Of a DNA stretch of 64,000 bases, positions 1-9,257 are shown piece by piece. Origin of the DNA: an uncultured delta proteobacterium (lineage in GTDB: Bacteria; Desulfobacterota; Binatia; Bin18). The notes beneath the pieces are model-generated. The model was not told the DNA's origin and did not search any database. It saw only the letters and a list, made by a program, of their open reading frames with translations. The stretch spans positions 32,001 to 96,000 of the forward strand of contig CAVTCR010000017.1 of assembly GCA_963733195.1 (NCBI GenBank), read 5' to 3'. A program made the position numbers and the translations under genes. Every line of letters begins with the position of its first letter. Positions within the stretch are counted from its first letter, which is position 1.

Positions 1-64
1 TTTTGTTGCTGAGCAGTAGCGTGAAGATGCTCTTGTTTTTCTCTGTCTCGATCTCTGTCTCATT

Positions 65-730
65 ATGCTTCCTCCCTACGACACTGAACCCTTCGACCTC
101 ACGATTGGTGCACGACAGCTCACGCTCCTCCGCGTAAAAGATTTAGAACGCTGGGTCGATCGCGAGGCGCTTCTGCGTGACGAAACTGAAGAACCACCAT
201 ACTGGGCGCATTTGTGGACGGGAGCACTTACACTCGCTCGCTACGTGGAGGAACGAATCGATTGTCGAAACCTCAGCATCCTCGACCTTGGTTGCGGTCT
301 TGGCCTCACCGGCATCATAGCTTCCCTGAAAGGTGGGCGAGTCACCTTCGCAGACAAAGACCCTACGGCAGTTGCATTTGCTACGATGAACGCGCAGATG
401 AACAATTGTCCGTTGTTTGAAGCGCAAGCCGCCGATTTCACTCACGATACGCTCGACTCTCAATTTTCTCTCATTCTTGGTGCGGAGATTCTCTATGACC
501 GCCCAACGTTTCTCGCGCTTGTGACTTTCCTCACCCGCCATTTAACCCCAAGTGGAACGGCACTCTTTGCCGACGCACAACGCACCAACACCGAGGAATT
601 TTACCGTCAATTAGACAGCGCTGGGTTACAGTGGACGAGCGAAGAAGTACAGGAGCGAGAAGATAAGTTGCCACTTAACGTCAGCATCGTTACTATTCGC
701 AAACTGCCAACAGAGAACAGCCTCGGATAG
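65..730 (+). CDS. Class I SAM-dependent methyltransferase (lysine methyltransferase-like, Methyltransf_16 type)
   Basis: PYWAHLW motif, ILDLGCGLG SAM-binding motif I, ILGAEILY motif. Confidence 0.85.
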   Translation: MLPPYDTEPFDLTIGARQLTLLRVKDLERWVDREALLRDETEEPPYWAHLWTGALTLARYVEERIDCRNLSILDLGCGLGLTGIIASLKGGRVTFADKDPTAVAFATMNAQMNNCPLFEAQAADFTHDTLDSQFSLILGAEILYDRPTFLALVTFLTRHLTPSGTALFADAQRTNTEEFYRQLDSAGLQWTSEEVQEREDKLPLNVSIVTIRKLPTENSLG

Positions 731-736
731 TGAACG

Positions 737-1396
737 ATGGTTACCAATCGAACGATCGACAAAGTGATGAGCATGGTGCGTGAAACCTCTGCGTCGTGGA
801 ATGCACCAGTGGTGACGCAAATGGCCTCGCTTTCGCGCGACCCCTATCAGGTCTTAATTGCGTGTCTGCTGAGTTTGCGAACCAAAGATGAAACCACTGG
901 CCCTGCTGCGCGTCGCCTGTTCGCTCTGGCGGACACACCTCCGAAGATGCTGACGTTGACGAAAGCCCAGATCGAGCGTGCGATCTATCCGGTGGGATTC
1001 TACAAAACTAAAGCGCAGACCATACTCGATATTTCCCAAGAACTAGTGGACCAGTACAACGGTCGCGTTCCTGACGAGATTGATGAGCTACTAAAGTTTA
1101 AAGGCGTCGGTCGCAAAACTGCCAATCTTGTTGTTACTCAAGGTTTTCAGAAACCAGGGATCTGTGTGGACACTCATGTCCATCGCATTTCAAACCGTTG
1201 GGGCTACGTCGAAACTGAAACCCCTGAAGAGACGGAAATGGCACTGCGCGAAAAGCTTCCGCCCCAATACTGGATCGAGATTAACGACCTCTTAGTAGCG
1301 ATGGGACAAACAATTTGTCACCCTACCTCGCCAAAGTGCAGCCTGTGTCCAATCGAGCGATATTGTGAGAAGGTGGGTGTTGAGCGTAGACGGTGA
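737..1396 (+). CDS. nth: Endonuclease III (HhH-GPD DNA glycosylase)
   Basis: LLKFKGVGRKTANLV helix-hairpin-helix, VDTHVHRI, C-terminal CHPTSPKCSLCPIERYC [4Fe-4S] motif. Confidence 0.95.
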   Translation: MVTNRTIDKVMSMVRETSASWNAPVVTQMASLSRDPYQVLIACLLSLRTKDETTGPAARRLFALADTPPKMLTLTKAQIERAIYPVGFYKTKAQTILDISQELVDQYNGRVPDEIDELLKFKGVGRKTANLVVTQGFQKPGICVDTHVHRISNRWGYVETETPEETEMALREKLPPQYWIEINDLLVAMGQTICHPTSPKCSLCPIERYCEKVGVERRR

Positions 1397-2682
1397 TCGT
1401 CCCCAAAAAAACTGCTAACACACCTTTGGTGAAAGAAAACTCATCTACCCGCACCAAACTGTTCTGGGTCGCCATCCTCTACTTTGCTGAAGGGTTTCCC
1501 TTTGGTCTGCTGATTGACGCCTTTCCGGTGTACTTCCGTGGACTCGGGGTCAGTTTGGCGGACATCGGTCTGCTCTGGCTTGCTGGGCTGCCGTGGACAC
1601 TTAAGTTTCTGTGGGCACCGGCGGTGGACATCTGGGGGAAGCGAAAACATTGGATTGTTACCTGTCAGGCACTCTTGGCGATAGACCTCGGTCTTTTCGT
1701 CTTTCTGGAACCAACGCAGACAAGCGCGACCCTGTGGATGCTCCTCGTTGCGCTTGCGGTTTTTTCGGCAACGCAAGACATCGCCATTGATGCCTATACG
1801 ATCGAACTTCTCGACGAAGAGGAAATGGGACCAGCAAATGGTATTCGTGTCAGTGCCTATCGCGTGGCACTGATTTGTGCGGGTGGACTCTTCGTGGCGC
1901 TCGCTGGTGTAGCAGGAAGAATCCTGTACGGTTCTGAAACATCGGGATGGCGAGTCGCCTTTGCCCTGGCCGTTATACTCTTGGCTGTGATGGCAATGCT
2001 GTCGAGCCGAGCGCCAGAGACCGCTAGAAAACAGCCAGTGAACGAGACCTGGTCTGCAACACTGAAACGCGCGGTGATCCAACCGTTCCGCGGATTCTGG
2101 CAACGATCCGGCGTTATTCAGGTTATGTTCTTTATCTTAATCTTCAAACTTGGTGACATGGCATTGGGGCCGATGGTACGTCCGTTTTGGGTCGATCGCC
2201 ATTTTACGCCTATTCAGATCGGTGCCGTTCCTGGGACAATCGGTGTCGTCAGCACCATCGCCGGTGCACTGTTAGGGGGAAAACTCACACAGAGTTGGGG
2301 GCTCTTTCATGCCTTATGGCTTCTGGGGATTGCGCAGGCCGCATCGAATCTGATGTACGCTACGGCGGCGGCTCTTCCTCCCTCCAATCTACTGATGTAT
2401 AGCGCATCAATTGTGGAGTCCTTCTGCGGAGGTCTTGGCACGGCACCGTTTCTCGCATTCATGATGAGTATTTGTGACAAAACCCAGGCCGCGACGCAGT
2501 ATGCGCTGCTCAGCGCGCTTTTCGGGCTGACGCGGTCTGTCTCTGGTCCTATCTCCGGCTGGATGACAGAGCGGTTTGGGTACGCAACGTACTTCGCCGC
2601 GACGTTCTTTCTCGCCTGGCCTGCGTTTCTGCTGCTGCCGTGGGTGCGGCAGTGGATTAAGGAAACCAAGCCGCGGAGTTAG
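1393..2682 (+). CDS. AmpG-family MFS permease
   Basis: LPWTLKFLWAPAVD, SATQDIAIDAY and ATQYALLSAL motifs typical of AmpG; about 12 hydrophobic segments. Confidence 0.85.
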   Translation: MIVPKKTANTPLVKENSSTRTKLFWVAILYFAEGFPFGLLIDAFPVYFRGLGVSLADIGLLWLAGLPWTLKFLWAPAVDIWGKRKHWIVTCQALLAIDLGLFVFLEPTQTSATLWMLLVALAVFSATQDIAIDAYTIELLDEEEMGPANGIRVSAYRVALICAGGLFVALAGVAGRILYGSETSGWRVAFALAVILLAVMAMLSSRAPETARKQPVNETWSATLKRAVIQPFRGFWQRSGVIQVMFFILIFKLGDMALGPMVRPFWVDRHFTPIQIGAVPGTIGVVSTIAGALLGGKLTQSWGLFHALWLLGIAQAASNLMYATAAALPPSNLLMYSASIVESFCGGLGTAPFLAFMMSICDKTQAATQYALLSALFGLTRSVSGPISGWMTERFGYATYFAATFFLAWPAFLLLPWVRQWIKETKPRS

Positions 2683-3371
2683 TGATCTGGGTCGACTTCC
2701 TGGACCCATCCACCGCCAACTCGTTTTCTCCCGGCTCGTTTACGCGGATCTATTTCATCTTGCTCATGAACGGGTGCGTACTCTTTTCGGGCTCGTGGGG
2801 GAGGTTCGTTTCGTTCGGACTTTGGAGAGTAAGTTCGTGATGGAGTGCGATCGTGCGAACGGCGCGCTTCCAAAGGAAGACGAGAAGAGGAACGTGTGGT
2901 CAGGAAGATTTGCGTAAAGAAGAACGTCGTGCCGTTATGGGCAATGCCGATTCCCGTCAGATCGAACTTTCCTTCGATGTTTGCGCGATGACCGGAACTA
3001 TTGAGCCATTCCGCAACCGCCGTGGCCGGCGCGGAAGAAGCCTCGCGATTATTGGTGCCAACATTCTCGGCAAACTGTGTGAACGTGATGACCTTGGTCA
3101 GTGAGTGGCCGCGCGTTTCCGCGCCTTCATGCCCCATCCCAACATAACCCGTTGCCATGTCTCTGCTGTGTCGCCGGGCGACGATCGCTATGTCTTCGCT
3201 ATAATGAAGAGGCTCCAATCCCATTGCGGCACGATGATCATTGACGAGTTCGTGTACCTTTTGCTCAAGTGCAGCCACGTCATCAGCACGGACAATAGGG
3301 CTCCCAATCCCAAACGTGAACAAAACCGATGGAAACAATAAGATACAGAGCCAAGGGATACGGGAAATCAT
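2679..3371 (-). CDS. CAP (SCP/PR-1) domain secreted protein with basic disordered C-tail
   Basis: Signal peptide; LVNDHRA, ARRHSRDM, AENVG, WLNSSGHRANI, GIGIA, FFTQIF motifs. Confidence 0.9.
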   Translation of the reverse strand: MISRIPWLCILLFPSVLFTFGIGSPIVRADDVAALEQKVHELVNDHRAAMGLEPLHYSEDIAIVARRHSRDMATGYVGMGHEGAETRGHSLTKVITFTQFAENVGTNNREASSAPATAVAEWLNSSGHRANIEGKFDLTGIGIAHNGTTFFFTQIFLTTRSSSRLPLEARRSHDRTPSRTYSPKSERNEPPPRARKEYAPVHEQDEIDPRKRAGRKRVGGGWVQEVDPDH

Positions 3372-3449
3372 GGTTCTCTCTTGAGCGAAAGCCTCAAGAA
3401 AGCTTAAGGCGCTTGCTACCTATTTTGCAAGACTGGTGATTGTCAGGGA

Positions 3450-3650
3450 ATGGACCAGACGAATCCTCAGCTAGTGGTTTCCGGTTACACAGGAAGGGCG
3501 TCATTTCCATTTTCTTACGGGAATAGTTCTTCTCCTCACCGAGTTGCAAGTGAAAGACACAGATCGATGCTTGGAGCAGGGCCCGTTGTGCGGGTTGAAA
3601 TCCCTCTTGCCGAAGAAAGTCATTGTTATGATCACGATACTCCTCGCTGA
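3450..3650 (+). pseudogene. Probable C-terminal remnant of a sensor histidine kinase
   Basis: SMLGAGPVVRVEIPL resembles the terminal S-x-x-G-x-G-T-x-V-x-V-x-I-P-L strand of HATPase_c; overlaps the start of the response regulator. Confidence 0.4.
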
Positions 3651-4272
3651 CGATCATACCCTTGCGCGACAAGGCCTCCGCCGCTTGCTACAGGACTGCA
3701 CCGACCTCAGAGTTATCGGTGAGGCGAGCGATGGTCAAGAGACCCTGCGCGTTGCTCGTCAACTCCAGCCCGATGTCATTCTTCTGGACCTCTCGATGCC
3801 TGGGATGGATGGGATTGAAGCGACTAAACGAATTGTTGATGAAGGATTGAAATCGAAAGTCCTGATTCTCTCTAGGCATGCGAATGAAGAGTATGCTGTC
3901 CGAGTCCTGCAAGCTGGCGCGCGTGGCTTCATTGGGAAAGGTACATCCGGTCAAGTAGTTGCCGAAGCAATTCACAAGGTTATGGCCGGAGGAATTGCTC
4001 TTCCACGCACGTTTGCCGGAGCACTGCCGAAACGATATCTCCGTAAGAGGTCAGAGGACTCCCCTCTCGAAATCCTCTCCGACCGTGAGTTACAAGTACT
4101 CAAACGGCTAGCCGAAGGGCGAACTGGACGCGAGATCGCGCAGGAGCTGGATCTCAGTCCGAAGACTGTAGAAACCTACCGGTCACGTCTGCTTGAGAAG
4201 CTCGATCTCAGCACCACCGCCGATCTTGTCCGCTTTGCCCTGCGGCACGGTGTGATTGTTGATACGTGGTGA
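3628..4272 (+). CDS. NarL/FixJ-family response regulator (REC + LuxR HTH)
   Basis: ILLADDH, VILLDLSMPGMDG, LSDRELQVLKRLAEG, LSPKTVETYRSRLLEKL; start moved to ATG 3628. Confidence 0.93.
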   Translation: MITILLADDHTLARQGLRRLLQDCTDLRVIGEASDGQETLRVARQLQPDVILLDLSMPGMDGIEATKRIVDEGLKSKVLILSRHANEEYAVRVLQAGARGFIGKGTSGQVVAEAIHKVMAGGIALPRTFAGALPKRYLRKRSEDSPLEILSDRELQVLKRLAEGRTGREIAQELDLSPKTVETYRSRLLEKLDLSTTADLVRFALRHGVIVDTW

Positions 4273-4374
4273 GTTAGAGATAGTGCCGTCTTGACTAAGA
4301 GTTGAGCTAACACCAGAAGCCCGCTACAGTCATCACTGCGGACGTGCACGGCGGACGAGTAGAGAGGAAGTTGT

Positions 4375-4880
4375 ATGGGTGGCAGGAACAGGAACGATGT
4401 CCAGCGTATTAATGACTCAGTGTGGTATAAGGATGCTATCTATGAACTGCATGTGAGGGCATTCTACGATAGCGGTGCCAATGGAGTTGGCAACTTTCGT
4501 GGGTTAACACAAAAACTGGATTACCTGCACGACCTCGGGGTCACGGCGCTGTGGCCCATGCCCTTTTGCCCGTCTCCACTCAAAGATGATGGCTACGACA
4601 TGGCGGATTACACTGATATCCATCCGCTGTACGAGGGTGACAAGGAGAATATCGATGCAATTGAGTTTATGCGTCGCTTCAATACCGAGGTGTATCACCA
4701 TTATCCTGATGTGCAGACGACCGCTGAAGAATCGACCTCCTGGGCTATGGTGTCACGACCGACGTACGTCGGCGGACTCGGTTTTGCATGAAGTGGGACA
4801 TGGGCTGGATGCACGATACCTTGTCGTATCTGGCAGAAGACCGCAATCTACCGAAAATATCGTCACAGTGAGTTAACTTC
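4375..4880 (+). pseudogene. Chimeric remnant: TreS N-terminus fused to an internal GlgB fragment
   Basis: [17 protein letters not shown]...SPLKDDGYD (TreS) then [13 protein letters not shown]...[21 protein letters not shown] and, after a frameshift, [12 protein letters not shown] (GlgB). Confidence 0.8.
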
Positions 4881-4898
4881 GGCAATGTGACGGTAAAC

Positions 4899-5095
4899 TC
4901 CATCATCTTTCAGTGGTGAAGGCATAGAAGGGAGAAGCCAGATACAGGTGATACCGAGATCGTGGAGATAATCTAGCTTTGTGCTGCGCCGCGAAAGTCG
5001 CCGATGCCGTCGGCGTTGCTATCACAAAATGCGCGAATCGAGAATTCATAGAAGATCGCGTCTTTGTACCATAGCGTGGGCTTGGTCATGGTCAT
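4899..5095 (-). pseudogene. Second TreS N-terminal fragment (not in ORF track)
   Basis: Manual translation: [44 protein letters not shown], frameshift, [27 protein letters not shown], then truncated. Confidence 0.8.
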
Positions 5096-5171
5096 GCCTC
5101 CAACAGACGCGACGTAGGGCTTCCCGCGTAAGCGTCTGGAAAGGCATCGTATCCGGTATCTTGGATGTACC

Positions 5172-5951
5172 CTAACTTATCCGTCGATCGCGAATGGCAG
5201 CGAGGTCTCCATGGATAGCATGAAACGCGCTGAGCAGCGCTGGATCGAAATGCTCGGGTTTTGTCTTTTCGTCGCCGTGTAACAATACCTCCAGCGCGTG
5301 GTCATGATCTAAAGCGGAACGGTATGGACGTGCACAGCGGAGTGCTTCGTAACGTTCGGCTATCATGACAATCCGACCTGCCAAAGGAATCTGCTCGCCT
5401 TTCAACCCCTGTGGGTAGCCGCTGCCGTCCCAGTGTTCATGGTGAGTGAGGATTACTTGCCGGGCGATTTCAAGTAACGGCGACGTCACTCCAGTCACGA
5501 GACTGGTACCGAGGGTGGGATGCATTTCAATGATGGCGCGCTCTTCTTGTTGGAGTCGTCCGGGTTTGAGCAACAGAACGTCAGGAATACCAATCTTCCC
5601 GAGGTCGTACAAAGGAGCAGCTGCATACACCAACTGGACTTGTAGTTCTGGGAGTCCGAGCTGTAATGCCAGTAACATTGAGTATTGGCTCACACGAGTG
5701 AGATGCTCACCGCTATGGTGGTCGCGAAAGTGCAGGGCAGTGGCGATTCGTAAGAGGACTTCATAGATCGCGTGCTCAAAGGCTTGCGCTTTCTGCCGTT
5801 CTGCCTCGAATGCCTTTCTGAGGGTTGTGATGAGCACGTGCAACTGCTGTGAAGTGATTCCGTTAACGTGCTCTAGTTCTTTTTGGACCTGTGACAGTTG
5901 TTGCTGGAGTCCGTCCAACAAGTGGAATAAATTCAGAGGGGAAGGATTCAT
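5172..5951 (-). CDS. HD-GYP domain protein with N-terminal coiled coil, degenerate active site
   Basis: GEHLTRV, LYDLGKIGIPD, HHEHWDGSGYPQGLKGEQIPLAGRI, RPYR; start set to ATG 5951. Confidence 0.88.
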   Translation of the reverse strand: MNPSPLNLFHLLDGLQQQLSQVQKELEHVNGITSQQLHVLITTLRKAFEAERQKAQAFEHAIYEVLLRIATALHFRDHHSGEHLTRVSQYSMLLALQLGLPELQVQLVYAAAPLYDLGKIGIPDVLLLKPGRLQQEERAIIEMHPTLGTSLVTGVTSPLLEIARQVILTHHEHWDGSGYPQGLKGEQIPLAGRIVMIAERYEALRCARPYRSALDHDHALEVLLHGDEKTKPEHFDPALLSAFHAIHGDLAAIRDRRIS

Positions 5952-6192
5952 GCTGGAACTCCTATCTGGAACAAAATGACGAGAAAAGTTGCCGTCTCCT
6001 CTGCGAGGAGTAGGATGCGAAACCTTACTCGTTCTCAATGACGTATCGGGAGAAAGGGGCATTCGTATAAACGAAAGTTCGCCCACTCTAGGCAACCCCT
6101 TTCCGGCTGTGGTAAGCCACCGTAGCGAGCTACTTGTGGCAAGCAACAACTCGGTTGATTCGTAGACACGTACCTATAAGGAGGATGCACCA

Positions 6193-7008
6193 ATGGCGTA
6201 TGAAGCGATTATTTATGAGAAGGTGGAAGAGAAGATTTTCCGTATCACTTTGAATCGTCCGGAAAAGCTCAACGCAATGAGCCGGCAGTTGCTGTCAGAG
6301 TTAGACAGTGCGCTTGATGAGTTCGAGAACAATAACGATGCGAGTGTACTAATTGTTCGTGGCGCTGGACGGGCCTTCTGTGCAGGATATGACCTGGCGC
6401 CGGTCGGTGGTTCTGGAGGTTTTACCGTGACTAGTGACCGTTGGGGATTGCGCAAAATTGTGCAACGTTGGCAACGGCTGTGGAATCTACCCAAACCCAC
6501 TATTGCACAAGTGCATGGCTTTTGTTTGGCAGGAGCTACGGAGTTTGTTGGACACTGTGATCTCGTGTTTGCTTCGGAGGATGCACAGTTTGGTCATCCT
6601 GCAGGCCGTTCACTTGGTGTATTGCCGACACTTTCACTCTGGCCCTATCTCATCGGCATTCGTAAGGCAAAGGAGTATTTCTTCACTGGTGACTCGATGA
6701 CAGCGCAGGAAGCGTTGGACAACGGTCTAATTAATCGTGTTTTCTCTAAAGAGAAGCTCGAAGAGGAGGTGCTGGCCTATGCGCGGCGCGTAGCGATAGT
6801 GCCGGTTGATCTGCTGACATTGCACAAAGCCGCGACCAATCGTTTTGTCGAAATTATGGGCATCTATGCAGCAGAACAGTCAGCGGCAGAATATGATGTC
6901 ATTGCCCATCAGACAGTGACAGTGAAAAATGAAGTGAAGAAAATGGCTGAGCGCGGGCTCAAAGACGCCCTGCGCGATCGCGATAAACCGTTTGCAGGAA
7001 AAAAATAA
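6193..7008 (+). CDS. Enoyl-CoA hydratase/isomerase (crotonase) family
   Basis: ITLNRPEKLNA, GRAFCAGYDL, PKPTIAQVHGFCLAG; AGGAGG RBS. Confidence 0.93.
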   Translation: MAYEAIIYEKVEEKIFRITLNRPEKLNAMSRQLLSELDSALDEFENNNDASVLIVRGAGRAFCAGYDLAPVGGSGGFTVTSDRWGLRKIVQRWQRLWNLPKPTIAQVHGFCLAGATEFVGHCDLVFASEDAQFGHPAGRSLGVLPTLSLWPYLIGIRKAKEYFFTGDSMTAQEALDNGLINRVFSKEKLEEEVLAYARRVAIVPVDLLTLHKAATNRFVEIMGIYAAEQSAAEYDVIAHQTVTVKNEVKKMAERGLKDALRDRDKPFAGKK

Positions 7009-7022
7009 TCAGGAGTGTATCT

Positions 7023-7721
7023 ATGGAAGGACAGGACGGACGCCGCATTTATCTCATGCGCCACGGAGAGACGTTGTACCAATCGCGCGCAGCCGAAGGT
7101 GCGCTGGGGAACGGAGAGTTAACCGAACGTGGGCGTGAGCAAGTCGCTTCCGTCGCGCTTCTTTTTCGGGGCGTACCGATTGACCGTGTGTATGCAAGTC
7201 CTCTGTCTCGTGCACAGGAGACAGCGCAGATCGTCGCCAAGGAAAAAGGGTTAGATGTGTTGGTTTCCAACGACATTCGTGAGATCACCCCTGATGAAGC
7301 CATTGTCTCAAAGCTGGCGCCAGCAGACACATTGCGTGAGGTACAACGCTTCTTCAAAGAGTCGGCGATCAGCTGGGATGAGCCGTATCTCGGCGGGGAA
7401 AGTTTCCGCCAGGTGCAAGAACGCGGCGTCCGGTTTTTCAATTCTTTGATGAGTCAAGACGATTGGCAAACTGCGTTGGTGGTTGCCCACGGTGGCATGA
7501 ACAACGCGCTGCTGGCCTATGTGACCGGTGTGACGAGTGGGCGATTACTGAACATTGAACAAGACTTCGCCTGCATCAATGTGATCGATATCGTGCACGG
7601 GAAGCCAATGTTGCGGTTGGCCAATTTTACTTTGTATGATCAGCTCAAGATCACTTTGCGCGTCCACAGCATTGACCTTATTCTCAAGCTGTTAGTCGAA
7701 CGGGGAATCGTACCGAAGTAA
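7023..7721 (+). CDS. Histidine phosphatase family protein
   Basis: YLMRHGET, SPLSRAQETA, LVVAHGG. Confidence 0.9.
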   Translation: MEGQDGRRIYLMRHGETLYQSRAAEGALGNGELTERGREQVASVALLFRGVPIDRVYASPLSRAQETAQIVAKEKGLDVLVSNDIREITPDEAIVSKLAPADTLREVQRFFKESAISWDEPYLGGESFRQVQERGVRFFNSLMSQDDWQTALVVAHGGMNNALLAYVTGVTSGRLLNIEQDFACINVIDIVHGKPMLRLANFTLYDQLKITLRVHSIDLILKLLVERGIVPK

Positions 7722-7848
7722 TAAGCCACAAGGCACGAAGAGGGAAACGACGGAAAGGGAAAATGGGGAAAAGGTCTAGGAAGGAGAAACTTCACATGGC
7801 TTTTTGCTTTCCGTTTTCCCTTTCCCCCTTGAATAGAAAGGAGGGCGT

Positions 7849-8460
7849 ATGTTGAGCCTGTACACTTATCCGATGTCTGGTAATGGTCGGAAGGTCCACA
7901 TGTGTCTTGAAGAGATTGGTGCGCAGTACGAAATTTCGCGTATCGATCTTCTCAAAGGCGAACAGAAGAACCCTGACTATCTCAAGCTCAATCCCAATGG
8001 CAAAGTCCCGACCCTAAAAGATGGTAGTTTTATTCTGTGGGAATCGAACGCCATCCTGCTTTATCTGGCGGAGAAGGTTCCGGCGATACAGTTGCTACCG
8101 ACCGATGGGCACGACCGCGCCCGTGTATTTCAGTGGCTGTTGTTTGAACAGACGACTTTCCGCCCACCACTATCGAGCCTCGTGCGCCAGACGCGTTTCA
8201 CACCGTCAGAGCGGCAAGATAAGAACCTTATTGAGCAAACCTGGAACGAAGTCCGTTCGAATATGAGGATTCTGCAGGACGCTCTTGCTGAGCGCGATTA
8301 TATTGGCAAAACCTTCTCGATCGGTGACATGGCAGTGTTGCCCTACATCTATCTCGCTACAGATTTAGGATTAGATATCACTCCGTGGTCGTCTGTCGCC
8401 GCTTATTATAAGCGGCTTTCAGTACGACCAGCATGGCAGAAGGTGATCGGATGGAAATGA
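7849..8460 (+). CDS. Glutathione S-transferase
   Basis: YLKLNPNGKVPTL, LWESNAILLYLAEK, FSIGDM. Confidence 0.93.
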   Translation: MLSLYTYPMSGNGRKVHMCLEEIGAQYEISRIDLLKGEQKNPDYLKLNPNGKVPTLKDGSFILWESNAILLYLAEKVPAIQLLPTDGHDRARVFQWLLFEQTTFRPPLSSLVRQTRFTPSERQDKNLIEQTWNEVRSNMRILQDALAERDYIGKTFSIGDMAVLPYIYLATDLGLDITPWSSVAAYYKRLSVRPAWQKVIGWK

Positions 8461-8570
8461 TTGCCACGGTGTTTTCTGCTGCTTCCTTCTGAGTCTGTTT
8501 AAAAAACGTTGAAAATTCAATAGATTTTTCACTTCTTTTGCAGCTAACAAAATAACTCCAAAAATTTTTC

Positions 8571-8614
8571 TTGACTTCATTTCAAGCGTGACTTATGTAG
8601 TCAAATTAGACTAC
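8571..8614 (+). promoter_or_regulatory. Putative sigma70 promoter overlapped by an inverted-repeat operator
   Basis: TTGACT (8571-76), 17 nt, TATGTA (8594-99); GTAGTC-N6-GACTAC inverted repeat at 8597-8614 just upstream of the PadR gene. Confidence 0.55.
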
Positions 8615-8632
8615 TCTGAAGAAAGTAATTCA

Positions 8633-9223
8633 GTGAGCGTTCAACTCGTCATCCTTGGTCTACTTTCGGAAAAGCCACGCCACGGCTACGAACTTCGTCA
8701 AGAAGTCGAACGCCGACTCTACGCGACCTACATGAACCTCAGTGGGGGTTCGCTTTATTACAACCTCGGGCGGTTAGAACGAGCCGGGTATGTTGAGAAA
8801 ACCCGTGTTGAGCAGAACGGTCGTTACCCTGCCCGCCGAATCTATCAGATCACTCCAGACGGAGCTGTCCATTTCCGTACCGAACTGCGGAAACTTTTAT
8901 TTGACGTCGAGGGGCGAGAAAAGGTATTTGACCCTTTTAATACCGCACTCGCCTTTGGCCATTTTGTTGATGAAGAGGAACTTCGCGAAGCGGTGACCGC
9001 GCAGCTCAAATGGGCGCAAGAACGTGTGGCGTGGATTCGTACGCAGCAGGAGTTCTGGCAATCTCAGGAAATCTCCTTTGCACAGGGAAAAATTATCGAA
9101 CATGGGCTGGCACACTATGAAGCAGAAATTCGCTGGTTGCAGCACTTTCTGCGTGACCTTGATGTCCGTGAAATGAAGGCACTGAAGCAAGAGCCCAGAG
9201 CCAGCGTCTCTAAAATAAAATAG
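8633..9223 (+). CDS. PadR-family transcriptional regulator
   Basis: ILGLLSEKPRHGYEL, GSLYYNLGRLERAGYV, RRIYQITPDG; start set to GTG 8633. Confidence 0.92.
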   Translation: MSVQLVILGLLSEKPRHGYELRQEVERRLYATYMNLSGGSLYYNLGRLERAGYVEKTRVEQNGRYPARRIYQITPDGAVHFRTELRKLLFDVEGREKVFDPFNTALAFGHFVDEEELREAVTAQLKWAQERVAWIRTQQEFWQSQEISFAQGKIIEHGLAHYEAEIRWLQHFLRDLDVREMKALKQEPRASVSKIK

Positions 9224-9257
9224 AAGAGCAAATTTGTCTTAATAGGAGGAACTCATT

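Noticed and set aside
1441-2103. Long antisense or alternate-frame ORFs (also 12785-13387, 14863-15444, 18815-19396, 38580-39143, 58646-59224)
   Set aside because: They overlap well-supported genes and have no recognisable motifs; treated as shadow ORFs
5952-6149. N-terminal extensions in the ORF track (also 3544-3627, 37112-37309, 41019-41099, 46043-46135, 61086-61172)
   Set aside because: Downstream starts fit domain boundaries or RBS positions better
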